Shown here piece by piece: positions 23,759 to 33,110 of a DNA stretch of 64,000 nt. Origin of the DNA: Deltaproteobacteria bacterium (lineage in GTDB: Bacteria; Myxococcota_A; UBA9160; PR03); contig JAPSFT010000018.1 in assembly GCA_035063765.1 (NCBI GenBank), forward strand, positions 4,593 to 68,592, written 5' to 3'. A program made the position numbers and the translations under genes. Every line of letters starts with the position of its first letter. Within the stretch, counting starts at the first letter, position 1. Below the pieces are notes generated by a model that was not told the DNA's origin, did not search any database, and saw only the letters and a program-made list of their open reading frames with translations.

Positions 23759-24919
23759 GTGCGTGTCCCCAACGAGCGCCTCGACCGCTTCCTGTCGGCG
23801 GTCGGGGAGGTGATCCTCACCACCACCCAGCTGCGGACCGCCGCCGGCGACGGCGAGCCCGGCTCCGCCGAGCCGCGTCTCGCGCGCGGCTTCGACCACA
23901 TGGACCGCGTCGTCGGCGAGCTCAAGCGCCGTGCGCTCGAGCTGCGTACCACACCGCTCCTGCGCATCATGGAGAACCTGCCGCGGCTCGCGCGCGAGGT
24001 GGCCCTGCGCGGCGGCAAGGCCGTCGAGGTGGAGCTGCGCGGCGCCGAGCTCGAGCTCGACCGCTCGATCCTCGACCGGCTCTACGACCCGCTCGTGCAC
24101 GTCGTGCGCAACGCCGTCGACCACGGGCTCGAGGCGCCCGAGGCGCGCCGGGCCGCCGGCAAGCCGGAGGTCGGGCGGCTGCTCGTCGAAGCGGTGCGCG
24201 AGAAGGACGCGATCCGCATCGCGGTCCGCGACGACGGCGCCGGCGTCGACGTGGACGCCGTCCGTGCGCGCGCGATCGCGCTCGGCGCGCTGCATCCCGA
24301 CCTCGCCGAGGACCTGCCCGCCGAGGAGGTCCTCCCGCTGGTGTTCCGCGCGGGCCTCTCGACCGCAGCGGCGGTCTCCGACATCTCCGGCCGCGGCGTC
24401 GGCATGGACGCCGTGCGTGCCACGCTCGAGTCGCTGGGCGGCGAGGTGCGGCTCGCCTCGCACCGCGGTGCCGGCACCGAGGTGTCGCTGCGGGTCCCGA
24501 TCGCGGCCGCGGTGCAGCGCGTGCTGCTGCTCGGCCTGGGCCGCGAGATGGTGGCGCTCCCGATCGCCAAGGTGGAGCGCATCGTCGAGGTCGAGGCGCA
24601 CTCGATCGAGCGCAGCGGCAGCGACGACTTCACGCTGGTGGACGGCGAGCCGGTGCTGGTGATCGACCTCGTGAGCCGGCTCGGCTGGGCCGATCCGCTC
24701 CCACCCGGCGCGCCCACCGACGCCGCCCCCGTGTTGCTGCTGCTGGCCGACGTGCGCGGCGAGCGGGTTGCGCTGCGCGTGGATCATCTGGCCGGGCAGC
24801 AGGACATCTACGTGAAGCCGCCGCCGCTCCTGCTCGGAGGGCTGCGCGCGCTGATCGGCCTGACGGTGCTCGGCGACGGGCGCCCGGTCTTCCTCGTCGA
24901 CCTGAACCAGGTGCGCTGA
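23759..24919 (+). CDS. cheA: CheA histidine kinase core (P3 dimerisation, P4 HATPase, P5 CheW-like)
   Basis: Downstream part of ORF 23444..24919: [53 protein letters not shown], then a CheW-like end. GTG 23759 is the first plausible independent start; otherwise this is the frameshifted continuation of 23226..23675. Confidence 0.8.
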   Translation: MRVPNERLDRFLSAVGEVILTTTQLRTAAGDGEPGSAEPRLARGFDHMDRVVGELKRRALELRTTPLLRIMENLPRLAREVALRGGKAVEVELRGAELELDRSILDRLYDPLVHVVRNAVDHGLEAPEARRAAGKPEVGRLLVEAVREKDAIRIAVRDDGAGVDVDAVRARAIALGALHPDLAEDLPAEEVLPLVFRAGLSTAAAVSDISGRGVGMDAVRATLESLGGEVRLASHRGAGTEVSLRVPIAAAVQRVLLLGLGREMVALPIAKVERIVEVEAHSIERSGSDDFTLVDGEPVLVIDLVSRLGWADPLPPGAPTDAAPVLLLLADVRGERVALRVDHLAGQQDIYVKPPPLLLGGLRALIGLTVLGDGRPVFLVDLNQVR

Positions 24920-24922
24920 GCA

Positions 24923-25498
24923 ATGGACGCCACCGAGGCCGAACGCATCCGCAGCGAGCTCGACCGGTTGTGCGAGCTCGCGAACGTCGGTGCGGGACAC
25001 GCCGCCGGCGCGCTCGCGCGGCTGCTCGGCTGCACGGTGTGGATGGACCCGCCGCGCGTGCGGGTGGTGCGCCGCGGCGAGGAGGCGGGGGGGGCGCTGG
25101 CGGCGAGCACCTCGGGCGTGTTCTTCGCGGTGGAGGGGGCGATCGGCGGGACCTTCGGCGTGCTCTTCCCGCAGCGCGCGCGCGAGTCGCTGCTCCTGGC
25201 GCTGCTCGGCGATCCCGACCCGCACTCGGAGGAGGCCGAGTCGGCGCTCCGCGAGGTCGGCAACATGCTCGCGTCGCACGCACTCTCGGCGGTGGCCGAC
25301 CTGATCGGCGATCGCGTGCTGCCCTCGCTGCCGGTGCTCGCGGAGGAGGGCGCCGGCGCCGTGCTCGGCGCGCGCCAGGCGCGCGGCGAGCCGGTGCGGA
25401 TCGAGTCGCGGCTGGTCGACGGCGCGGGAGGGCTGCGCTCGCTGCTGGTCTGGGTTCCCGCGCCCTTCCCGTCCGAGGCGCCTCCTCCCGACCTCTGA
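24923..25498 (+). CDS. cheC: CheC-family CheY-P phosphatase
   Basis: Both CheC active-site motifs ([DS]xxxExxN, then about 22 residues, then P) are present: DRLCELAN...WMDPP and SALREVGN...LPSLP. Confidence 0.8.
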   Translation: MDATEAERIRSELDRLCELANVGAGHAAGALARLLGCTVWMDPPRVRVVRRGEEAGGALAASTSGVFFAVEGAIGGTFGVLFPQRARESLLLALLGDPDPHSEEAESALREVGNMLASHALSAVADLIGDRVLPSLPVLAEEGAGAVLGARQARGEPVRIESRLVDGAGGLRSLLVWVPAPFPSEAPPPDL

Positions 25499-25542
25499 TA
25501 CCGTCCGCCTCCCCGGGTGCGGGGACGGCGCGGGAGGTCGGC

Positions 25543-26292
25543 TTGGACCGCGATCGGCTGCGCGCGCTGCTCGCGCAGGTGCGGAGTGGCGAGGTGGGCG
25601 CCGAGGAGGCACTCGAGCGCCTCGCGCAGATGCCCTTCGTCGAGACCGCGCACGCGCGGGTCGACACCCATCGCGCGCTCCGCCAGGGCCTGCCGGAGGT
25701 CGTCTACGGGCCGGGGAAGAGCGCGGAGCAGATCACCGAGGTCGTGCGGGTGCAGCGCGACGCCGGGCTCTCGGTGCTGGTGACGCGCGTCGAGCCCGAC
25801 ACCGCGGCACGGGTCTGCGCGCAGCTTCCGGGCGGCGAGCACGACGCGGCCGGCCGGCTGCTCTGGTACGGGCCCGCGCAGGTGCCGGTGGTCGGCAAGG
25901 GGCTCGTGCTGGTGGTGTCGGCCGGCACCTCGGACCTGCCGGTGGCGGCAGAGGCGGCCGGCGTGGCCCGGCGCTACGGCAATCGCGTCGAGCTGCTTGC
26001 GGACGTCGGCGTGGCCGGCCTGCACCGCCTGCTGGCGTCCTCGACGCTGCTCCGCCAGGCCCGGGTGCTGATCGTGGTGGCGGGCATGGAAGGGGCGCTG
26101 CCCTCGGTCGTGGGCGGGCTCGTCGACAAGCCGGTGATCGCGGTGCCGACCAGCGTCGGCTACGGCGCGTCGTTCGGGGGGATCGCGGCCCTGCTCGGCA
26201 TGCTCACGAGCTGCGCCTCGAACGTGTGCGTGGTCAACATCGACAACGGCTTCGGGGCCGCGCATGTCGCAACGCTCGTCAACCGGCTCTGA
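25543..26292 (+). CDS. larB: nickel-pincer cofactor biosynthesis protein LarB (PurE-like carboxylase/hydrolase)
   Basis: In-frame part of ORF 24970..26292. TTG 25543 lies 6 nt after GGGAGG. ARVDTHRALRQGLPEVVYGPGKS...LVVSAGTSDLPVAAEA...VVAGMEGALPSVVGGL...AVPTSVGYG. Confidence 0.8.
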   Translation: MDRDRLRALLAQVRSGEVGAEEALERLAQMPFVETAHARVDTHRALRQGLPEVVYGPGKSAEQITEVVRVQRDAGLSVLVTRVEPDTAARVCAQLPGGEHDAAGRLLWYGPAQVPVVGKGLVLVVSAGTSDLPVAAEAAGVARRYGNRVELLADVGVAGLHRLLASSTLLRQARVLIVVAGMEGALPSVVGGLVDKPVIAVPTSVGYGASFGGIAALLGMLTSCASNVCVVNIDNGFGAAHVATLVNRL

Positions 26293-27658
26293 GCGGCGCG
26301 TCCCGCCGGCGGGCGCGGCGCCCGCTGCGGGCCGCCTGCTCCACCTCGACGCGTTCTCGGGCCTCGCGGGCAACATGCTGCTCGGCGCCCTGCTCGAGCT
26401 CGGGCTGCCGCAGCGCACGCTGATCGCCGACCTCGGCGGCCTCGGCGTGCCGTTCCAGATGGTCTCGCGCCGCGTGCGGCGCGGAGCGCTGGTGGCGCGC
26501 TGGGTGGACGTGCGCGTGCCGCGCCCGCGCTCCGGCGGCCGCCGGGCGGTCGCGCGGAGCTCCGCCTCCCGCCCGCACCCGCATCCGCACGGCGCTGATC
26601 CCGCGCACGCCGGCGCTCACGAGCCCGGCTCCGTGCGCGTGCGTCCTCGCGCCGCGGCGCACGGCGGAGGCCGGCGCTACACCGAGATCCGCCGCCTGCT
26701 CGAGCGCGCGCATCTCGCGCCGGAGGTGCGCGCGCGCTCCCTCGCGGCCTTCGCCGCGCTGGCCGAGGCGGAGGCCAGGGTACACGGTATCGCTGTCGAA
26801 CAGGTCCACTTCCACGAGGTCGGCGCGGTGGACGCGATCGTCGACGTCACCGGCGCCGCGATCGGCCTCACGCGGCTCGGCGTCGGGCGGGTCACCTGTA
26901 CGCCGCTCCCGCTCGGGCACGGCACCGTCGAGACCGAGCACGGCCGGCTGCCGCTGCCGGCGCCGGCCACGCTCGAGCTCCTGCGCGGGATCCCGGTCGC
27001 GCCGGCGCACCTCGCCTGGGAGACGGTGACGCCGACCGGGGCCGCGCTCGCGCGTACGCTGGTCGACGAGTTCCGCGAGCTGCCGGCGATGACGATCGAG
27101 AGGATCGGCCTCGGCGCGGGCAACGACCGGGCCGGCGGGCTCCCCAACGTGCTGCGCGCCGTGCTCGGCCGCGGATCGGGGGCCAGCGTCGATCGGGTCG
27201 TCCTCCTCGAGTGTCACATCGACGATCTCAATCCCGAGCACTTCGAGTACCTCATGGAGCGGCTCTTCGAGGCCGGTGCGCTCGACGTCGCGCTCCAGCA
27301 CCTGCAGATGAAGAAGAACCGTCCCGGCTTCGCGGTCCGGGTGATCGCCCGGCCGGCCGAGCGGGAGGCGCTGGCCCGGGTGCTCTTCGCCGAGTCCACG
27401 ACCCTGGGGGTGCGCGTCAGCGAATCCGACCGGATCGTCCTCGCGCGGGAGGAACGCCGCGTCGTGACGCCCTTCGGCCCGATCCGGGTCAAGGTGGTGC
27501 GGGACGCCGGCGGCCGGGCCACGCCCTCGGCCGAGTACGAGGATTGCAAACGGGCAGCCCGGCGGGCCGGCGCACCGCTGCGCGAGGTGGTCCGGGCGGC
27601 CGAGGAGGCCGCGCGAGCTCCCGACACCGGGAGCCGGCCGCGTCGCCGCCAGCGTTGA
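26264..27658 (+). CDS. larC: nickel insertion protein LarC (DUF111 family)
   Basis: LLHLDAFSGLAGNMLLGALLELG at the N-terminus, a His-rich insert SRPHPHPHGADPAHAGAH, and FHEVGAVDAIVDVTG. Overlaps larB by 29 nt. Confidence 0.8.
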   Translation: MSQRSSTGSERRVPPAGAAPAAGRLLHLDAFSGLAGNMLLGALLELGLPQRTLIADLGGLGVPFQMVSRRVRRGALVARWVDVRVPRPRSGGRRAVARSSASRPHPHPHGADPAHAGAHEPGSVRVRPRAAAHGGGRRYTEIRRLLERAHLAPEVRARSLAAFAALAEAEARVHGIAVEQVHFHEVGAVDAIVDVTGAAIGLTRLGVGRVTCTPLPLGHGTVETEHGRLPLPAPATLELLRGIPVAPAHLAWETVTPTGAALARTLVDEFRELPAMTIERIGLGAGNDRAGGLPNVLRAVLGRGSGASVDRVVLLECHIDDLNPEHFEYLMERLFEAGALDVALQHLQMKKNRPGFAVRVIARPAEREALARVLFAESTTLGVRVSESDRIVLAREERRVVTPFGPIRVKVVRDAGGRATPSAEYEDCKRAARRAGAPLREVVRAAEEAARAPDTGSRPRRRQR

Positions 27659-27739
27659 CAAGGCCGAGCCGTGGCTCCTACGATCGTGCCGCTCCCGAGC
27701 GGCTGCTCGAGCCACCCAGGAAACCCAGGAGGTCGGTAG

Positions 27740-27964
27740 ATGGGGGATCTGCCCAACGCGGTCGTGAAGCGCTTGCTCACCAAGCACGGCGGTGAGCTGC
27801 GCGTGTCGGGGCCGGCGATCGACAAGGCCGTCGAGGCGGCCGAGGGCTACCTCGCGCGCCTCGCCCAGGAGGCGCAGGCGCTCGCCGTCGCCGACAAGCG
27901 CAAGACGATCATGGACCACGACATCGCCAAGGCGCGCCAGAAGCTGGAGTCACCCGGTTACTAG
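27740..27964 (+). CDS. histone-fold DNA-binding protein (archaeal HMf-like / bacterial histone)
   Basis: 74 aa. AGGAGG lies 7 nt upstream of the ATG, and third codon positions are G/C-rich. Full-length similarity by eye to HMfB: LPNAVVKRLL / ELRVS / long central helix / KRKTI / MDHDIAKARQKL. Confidence 0.8.
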   Translation: MGDLPNAVVKRLLTKHGGELRVSGPAIDKAVEAAEGYLARLAQEAQALAVADKRKTIMDHDIAKARQKLESPGY

Positions 27965-27984
27965 ACGCCCCGCTCGTAGGGAGC

Positions 27985-29316
27985 TCAGGCCGCCGGCGTC
28001 GCCACCTCTGCGAGGTAGTCGATCCAGGTCCGCTCCGCCCCCGGCTCGAAGCCGCAGAAGCGCAGCCCGAAGCCGTCCGGACCGAGCGCCGCCGCCGGCA
28101 GCCGGTAGATCGGCTCGGCATCGACCTGGAGCGTGGCGCCGTGGTCAGGCAGGTGGAAGGCGAAGCGCTGCCGCACCAGCGCCGGCGCGGGCGTCCGCAG
28201 GAAGACGCCGCCGCGTCCGACGCTTGCGGTGACGCCGGGCGCGGGGCAGCCGGCCCAGGAGATCGAGAGCGCCTGCTCGTAGCGCGCGAAGCGCCGCCGG
28301 TCGGTGGCGGCGATCTCGGCCAGCGCATCCGCCGCCGCAGGACCTTCGAGCGGGCCCGCCCAGTAGGCAGCGGCGCCGGCCGCGTCGGCGGCGCTGCGGC
28401 GGCCCTCGCGCGGGCGATCGTCCACGAGGGCGACCGGGACGTCGAGGATGCCCGGCAGCTCGCGCAGCGCCGGGATCAGCTCGCTGCCGTCGCCACGGTC
28501 TAGCCGCGCCTCGGCGAGCACGACCTCGAAGGTCCGCTCGCGGAAGGCCTGCATCGCCTCGCTTGCTCCGCGCGCCGACTCGACCGTGAAGCCGCGCCGG
28601 CGCAGTGCCTCGTGCAACGCGCGGTCCGCGGCGAGGCGTGCCCCCACGACCAGCGCGGGGACCAGCCGGACGAGCCGCGGTGCGGGCAGATCCGCATCGA
28701 TCCGGCGCGGCCGGTCCCGGCGCTTCTCGCGCGCCAGCGCCTCGAGCCGCGCCGTCACCGCGAGCTCCAGGTCGATGGCCGTGCTGCAGCCGCGGTCGGG
28801 CTCGAAGACGCGCTCCTCGGCGCCCGTCAGCACCATCCCCGAGAGCGGCCCGCGCGAAGGCAGCACCACCTGGTGCGGCTCGATCGCGAGGCCGCGCGCG
28901 CGCGCGTCCTCGAGGCCGAGCGGGAAGCTCCACTGCGGGGCGCCGGCGGGGGCCTCGGCCGTCACGCCGAGTCCGTCGAGCCAGCGACGGGTGCGGGCGA
29001 GCCCGTGCATGCGCTCGCGCCATGCGGTGCGCACCCGGGCCTCGAGCTGGCGGGCGTTCTCGCAGTCGAGGATCCGGACGAGCGGCACGTGGAAGAGCGC
29101 GAGCGGCGCCAGGCACTTGATCCGGTCGTGCCCGACCGTGTAGAAACGCAGGGCGCGCAGGCGCCGCGCTCCCTGCGGCGTCTCGAACGGCTCCGGCCCG
29201 ACGGGCAGGGTGACGAGCAGCGAGCGGCCGCCCGCGAGCAGGCCAGCCTCGAGCCCCATCGCCTGGAAGCGGCGCTGGAGGATCTGCTGGCGACGGAGCT
29301 CTTCCGCCTGCGCCAC
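27985..29316 (-). CDS. hypothetical protein: unknown N-terminal domain + pseudo-receiver + PilZ-like C-terminus
   Basis: C-terminal third of track ORF 27985..31548; start at GTG 29316 or ATG 29259. The REC-like segment ALVVGAR...FEVVLAEARLDRGDG...VPVALVDD has Glu at the phospho-acceptor position and lacks the DD pocket and the conserved Lys. The C-terminus has RRRFAR (RxxxR) and SVGRGGVFLRT, which is PilZ-like. Confidence 0.6.
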   Translation of the reverse strand: MAQAEELRRQQILQRRFQAMGLEAGLLAGGRSLLVTLPVGPEPFETPQGARRLRALRFYTVGHDRIKCLAPLALFHVPLVRILDCENARQLEARVRTAWRERMHGLARTRRWLDGLGVTAEAPAGAPQWSFPLGLEDARARGLAIEPHQVVLPSRGPLSGMVLTGAEERVFEPDRGCSTAIDLELAVTARLEALAREKRRDRPRRIDADLPAPRLVRLVPALVVGARLAADRALHEALRRRGFTVESARGASEAMQAFRERTFEVVLAEARLDRGDGSELIPALRELPGILDVPVALVDDRPREGRRSAADAAGAAAYWAGPLEGPAAADALAEIAATDRRRFARYEQALSISWAGCPAPGVTASVGRGGVFLRTPAPALVRQRFAFHLPDHGATLQVDAEPIYRLPAAALGPDGFGLRFCGFEPGAERTWIDYLAEVATPAA

Positions 29317-29384
29317 GCCCGGTCCCTCCCGGCGTCGATTCGGCCCGACGCCGGCGCCGCTTGAGCCGCCCCCACGGACGAGAA

Positions 29385-29416
29385 GGGCCCCGGTGCCATG
29401 CTTGGCACCGGGGCCC
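29385..29416 (-). terminator. GC-rich hairpin immediately downstream of groEL (probable intrinsic terminator)
   Basis: GGGCCCCGGTGCC-atgctt-GGCACCGGGGCCC is a perfect 13-bp stem with a 6-nt loop, 26 nt after the groEL stop. On the minus strand it is followed by TTCTCGT, a weak U-tract. Confidence 0.6.
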
Positions 29417-29441
29417 AGGGCGTCGTCCGGAACGGGCCGGG

Positions 29442-31094
<1,653 letters not shown>

Positions 31095-31382
31095 CTACTC
31101 GAGGATGGCGAGGACGTCGTCCTCGCGGATGATGATGTGTTCGTCGCCTTCCAGCTTGATCTCGGTGCCGGCGTACTTGCTGAACAGGATCTTGTCGCCC
31201 TTCTTCACGGCGAGCTCCTGGAGCTTGCCGTCGTCGAGCACCTTGCCCTTGCCGACGGCCACCACCTTGCCCTCCTGCGGCTTCTCCTTGGCCGTGTCGG
31301 GGATGATGATGCCGCCCTTGGTCTTCTGCTCCTCGTCGATGCGCTTGACGAGGATGCGGTCGTGCAGCGGTTGGACCTTCAT
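31095..31382 (-). CDS. groS: co-chaperonin GroES
   Basis: ORF 31095..31544 trimmed to ATG 31382: [44 protein letters not shown]. Confidence 0.97.
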   Translation of the reverse strand: MKVQPLHDRILVKRIDEEQKTKGGIIIPDTAKEKPQEGKVVAVGKGKVLDDGKLQELAVKKGDKILFSKYAGTEIKLEGDEHIIIREDDVLAILE

Positions 31383-31537
31383 GGCCTCCTTGTCTCCCGG
31401 GCCACCCGAAAGGGGGCCCCAGCTCGGGTCCGAAGTCGCACCCCGCCCGAGAGCCCGGGAGCCGCGCTGCTGCGGGGTCCTTGTCCCGGACGGGGTCCGG
31501 TACGGGTCGCGGACGGGGTCGCCGTTGCCGGCGGGTC

Positions 31538-31564
31538 CTGGCACTCACGCCGGGCGAGTGCCAG
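31538..31564. promoter_or_regulatory. CIRCE operator (HrcA binding site)
   Basis: CTGGCACTC-acgccgggc-GAGTGCCAG has perfect 9-bp inverted arms and a 9-nt spacer. It matches the core of the CIRCE consensus TTAGCACTC-N9-GAGTGCTAA. It lies 156 nt upstream of the groES ATG and 83 nt upstream of the divergent lexA ATG. Confidence 0.85.
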
Positions 31565-31646
31565 CGCGGGCCGAGTCTAACGAGCGGTCCTCCGGCGGGG
31601 CAAGGGAGGCTTCGCTAGCTTTCGCCTCGTTTTCGTCGGAGGTGCG

Positions 31647-32249
31647 ATGGCCCTGACCCGCCGCCAGCGCGAGATCTACGACTTCGTGTGCGCGTTCATC
31701 GACGAGCAGGGCTACTCGCCGAGCCTCGAGGAGATCGGGGCGCGCTTCGGGCTGTCGTCGGTGGCGACCGTCCACAAGCACGTCCACCAGCTCGTCGGGA
31801 AGGGCTGGCTGCGCAAGTCCTGGAACCGCGCGCGCTCGCTCGAGCCGGCCGGCGAGGAGGGGGTTCCCCAGGTGACCCTGCCGCTCCTGGGGACGGTCGC
31901 CGCCGGGACTCCGATCGAGCCGATCGAGATCGAGGAGCGCGTCGCCGTACCCGCCGGGCTGGTCCGGCGGCCCGACGCCTGCTTCGCCCTGCGCGTGCGC
32001 GGCGACTCGATGATCGACGAGCAGATCCGCGACGGCGACACCGTGGTGGTCGAGCGCCGCGCCGAGGCGCGCGACGGCGACACCGTGGTCGCGGTGCTGC
32101 GCGGGGAGGAAGCGACCCTGAAGCGCTTCCAGCGCCGGGGTGCGACGGTGCGGCTGCTCCCGGCCAACGCCCGGATGAAGCCGATCGAGGCGCCTGCCCG
32201 CGACGTCGAGATCCGCGGCGTGGTGCGTGCGCTGCTGCGGCGCTACTAG
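31647..32249 (+). CDS. lexA: SOS repressor LexA
   Basis: N-terminal wHTH LTRRQREIYDFVCAFIDEQGYSPSLEEIG; Ala-Gly cleavage site in LLGTVAAGTPIEP; catalytic Ser in VRGDSMID and Lys in ATLKRF. Confidence 0.93.
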   Translation: MALTRRQREIYDFVCAFIDEQGYSPSLEEIGARFGLSSVATVHKHVHQLVGKGWLRKSWNRARSLEPAGEEGVPQVTLPLLGTVAAGTPIEPIEIEERVAVPAGLVRRPDACFALRVRGDSMIDEQIRDGDTVVVERRAEARDGDTVVAVLRGEEATLKRFQRRGATVRLLPANARMKPIEAPARDVEIRGVVRALLRRY

Positions 32250-32256
32250 GGTTCCC

Positions 32257-32697
32257 GTGGACCCCCGAGCCCCGGCCGAGGACCGCCGCGTCCGGCTCAC
32301 CCGCGCCGTCGACTTCTCCGCGTCGCTCCGCTACGCGCTGCCGGGGTTGTCGGAGGAGGAGAGCCTCGCGCTCTTCGGCCCGGCCGCGCGCCAGCACGGC
32401 CACAACTACCGGCTCGAGGTCACGATCGAGGGGACCCCCGACCCCGCCACGGGAATGGTGATCGACCTGAAGGAGCTGAAGGGCGTGCTCGAGCGCGAGA
32501 TCGTCGCCCGCTTCGACCACCGGGACCTGAACCGCGACACACCGTGGTTCGAGAAGCAGCCGCCGACCCCGGAGCGCTTCGCCCTCGTGATCCACGAGCT
32601 GCTGCGCGCGGCGCTCGGCGGGCTCCTCCACGGCCTGCGCCTGCGCCAGGACGACGACCTGTGGGTCGACGTCCGGGCGCCGGAGCCTGTGCCCTGA
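32257..32697 (+). CDS. 6-pyruvoyl-tetrahydropterin synthase/QueD-family paralog lacking Cys and first zinc His (probable non-catalytic or partner subunit)
   Basis: ORF 32227..32697; GTG 32257 is preferred (7 nt after the lexA stop). [29 protein letters not shown] and FDHRDLN are family-typical. However, FSASLRY replaces FxAAHRL, there is no Cys in the protein, and LRQDDD replaces the conserved ET motif. Confidence 0.75.
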   Translation: MDPRAPAEDRRVRLTRAVDFSASLRYALPGLSEEESLALFGPAARQHGHNYRLEVTIEGTPDPATGMVIDLKELKGVLEREIVARFDHRDLNRDTPWFEKQPPTPERFALVIHELLRAALGGLLHGLRLRQDDDLWVDVRAPEPVP

Positions 32698-32702
32698 TCG
32701 CC

Positions 32703-33110
32703 TTGACCCGCCGCTACCGCTTTCCCGCTGCCCACGTGCTGCGCAACGAGCGCTTCTCGGAGGCCGAGAACCGCCGGATCTACGGCAAGTGCGCCCACCC
32801 GAGCGGCCACGGGCACGACTACGGGCTCGAGGTCACCGTGACCGGCCCGCTCGACCCGCGCACGGGCGCGATCGTGCCCGTGGCGGAGCTCGACGCGCTC
32901 GTGCGCGAGCGGGTGCTCGACCGGCTCGGGCACCGGCTCCTGAACGAAGACCCGTGGTTCGCCGTGGCGGTACCGACCGCGGAGAACATCGCGCTCGCCG
33001 TGCGCCGGGAGCTCGGCGCGGCGCTGGCCGAGCGCGGGGCGGCGCGGCTCGCGCGCATCCGTCTCGAGGAGACGCGCCGGAACGCCTTCGAATGTGGAGA
33101 GGAACCTTGA
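32703..33110 (+). CDS. 6-pyruvoyl-tetrahydropterin synthase (PTPS-type, catalytic Cys present)
   Basis: In-frame part of ORF 32544..33110; TTG 32703 (or CTG 32694) abuts the previous stop. [40 protein letters not shown] (compare mammalian GKCNNPNGHGHNY) and LEETRRN. LGHRLLN has Gly where the family has Asp. Confidence 0.8.
   Translation: MTRRYRFPAAHVLRNERFSEAENRRIYGKCAHPSGHGHDYGLEVTVTGPLDPRTGAIVPVAELDALVRERVLDRLGHRLLNEDPWFAVAVPTAENIALAVRRELGAALAERGAARLARIRLEETRRNAFECGEEP

Noticed and set aside
31565-31646. A search for a LexA (SOS) box upstream of lexA.
   Set aside because: I found no match to the LexA-box classes I know. The only palindrome is the 6-bp GCTAGC. Nothing is reported as a feature.
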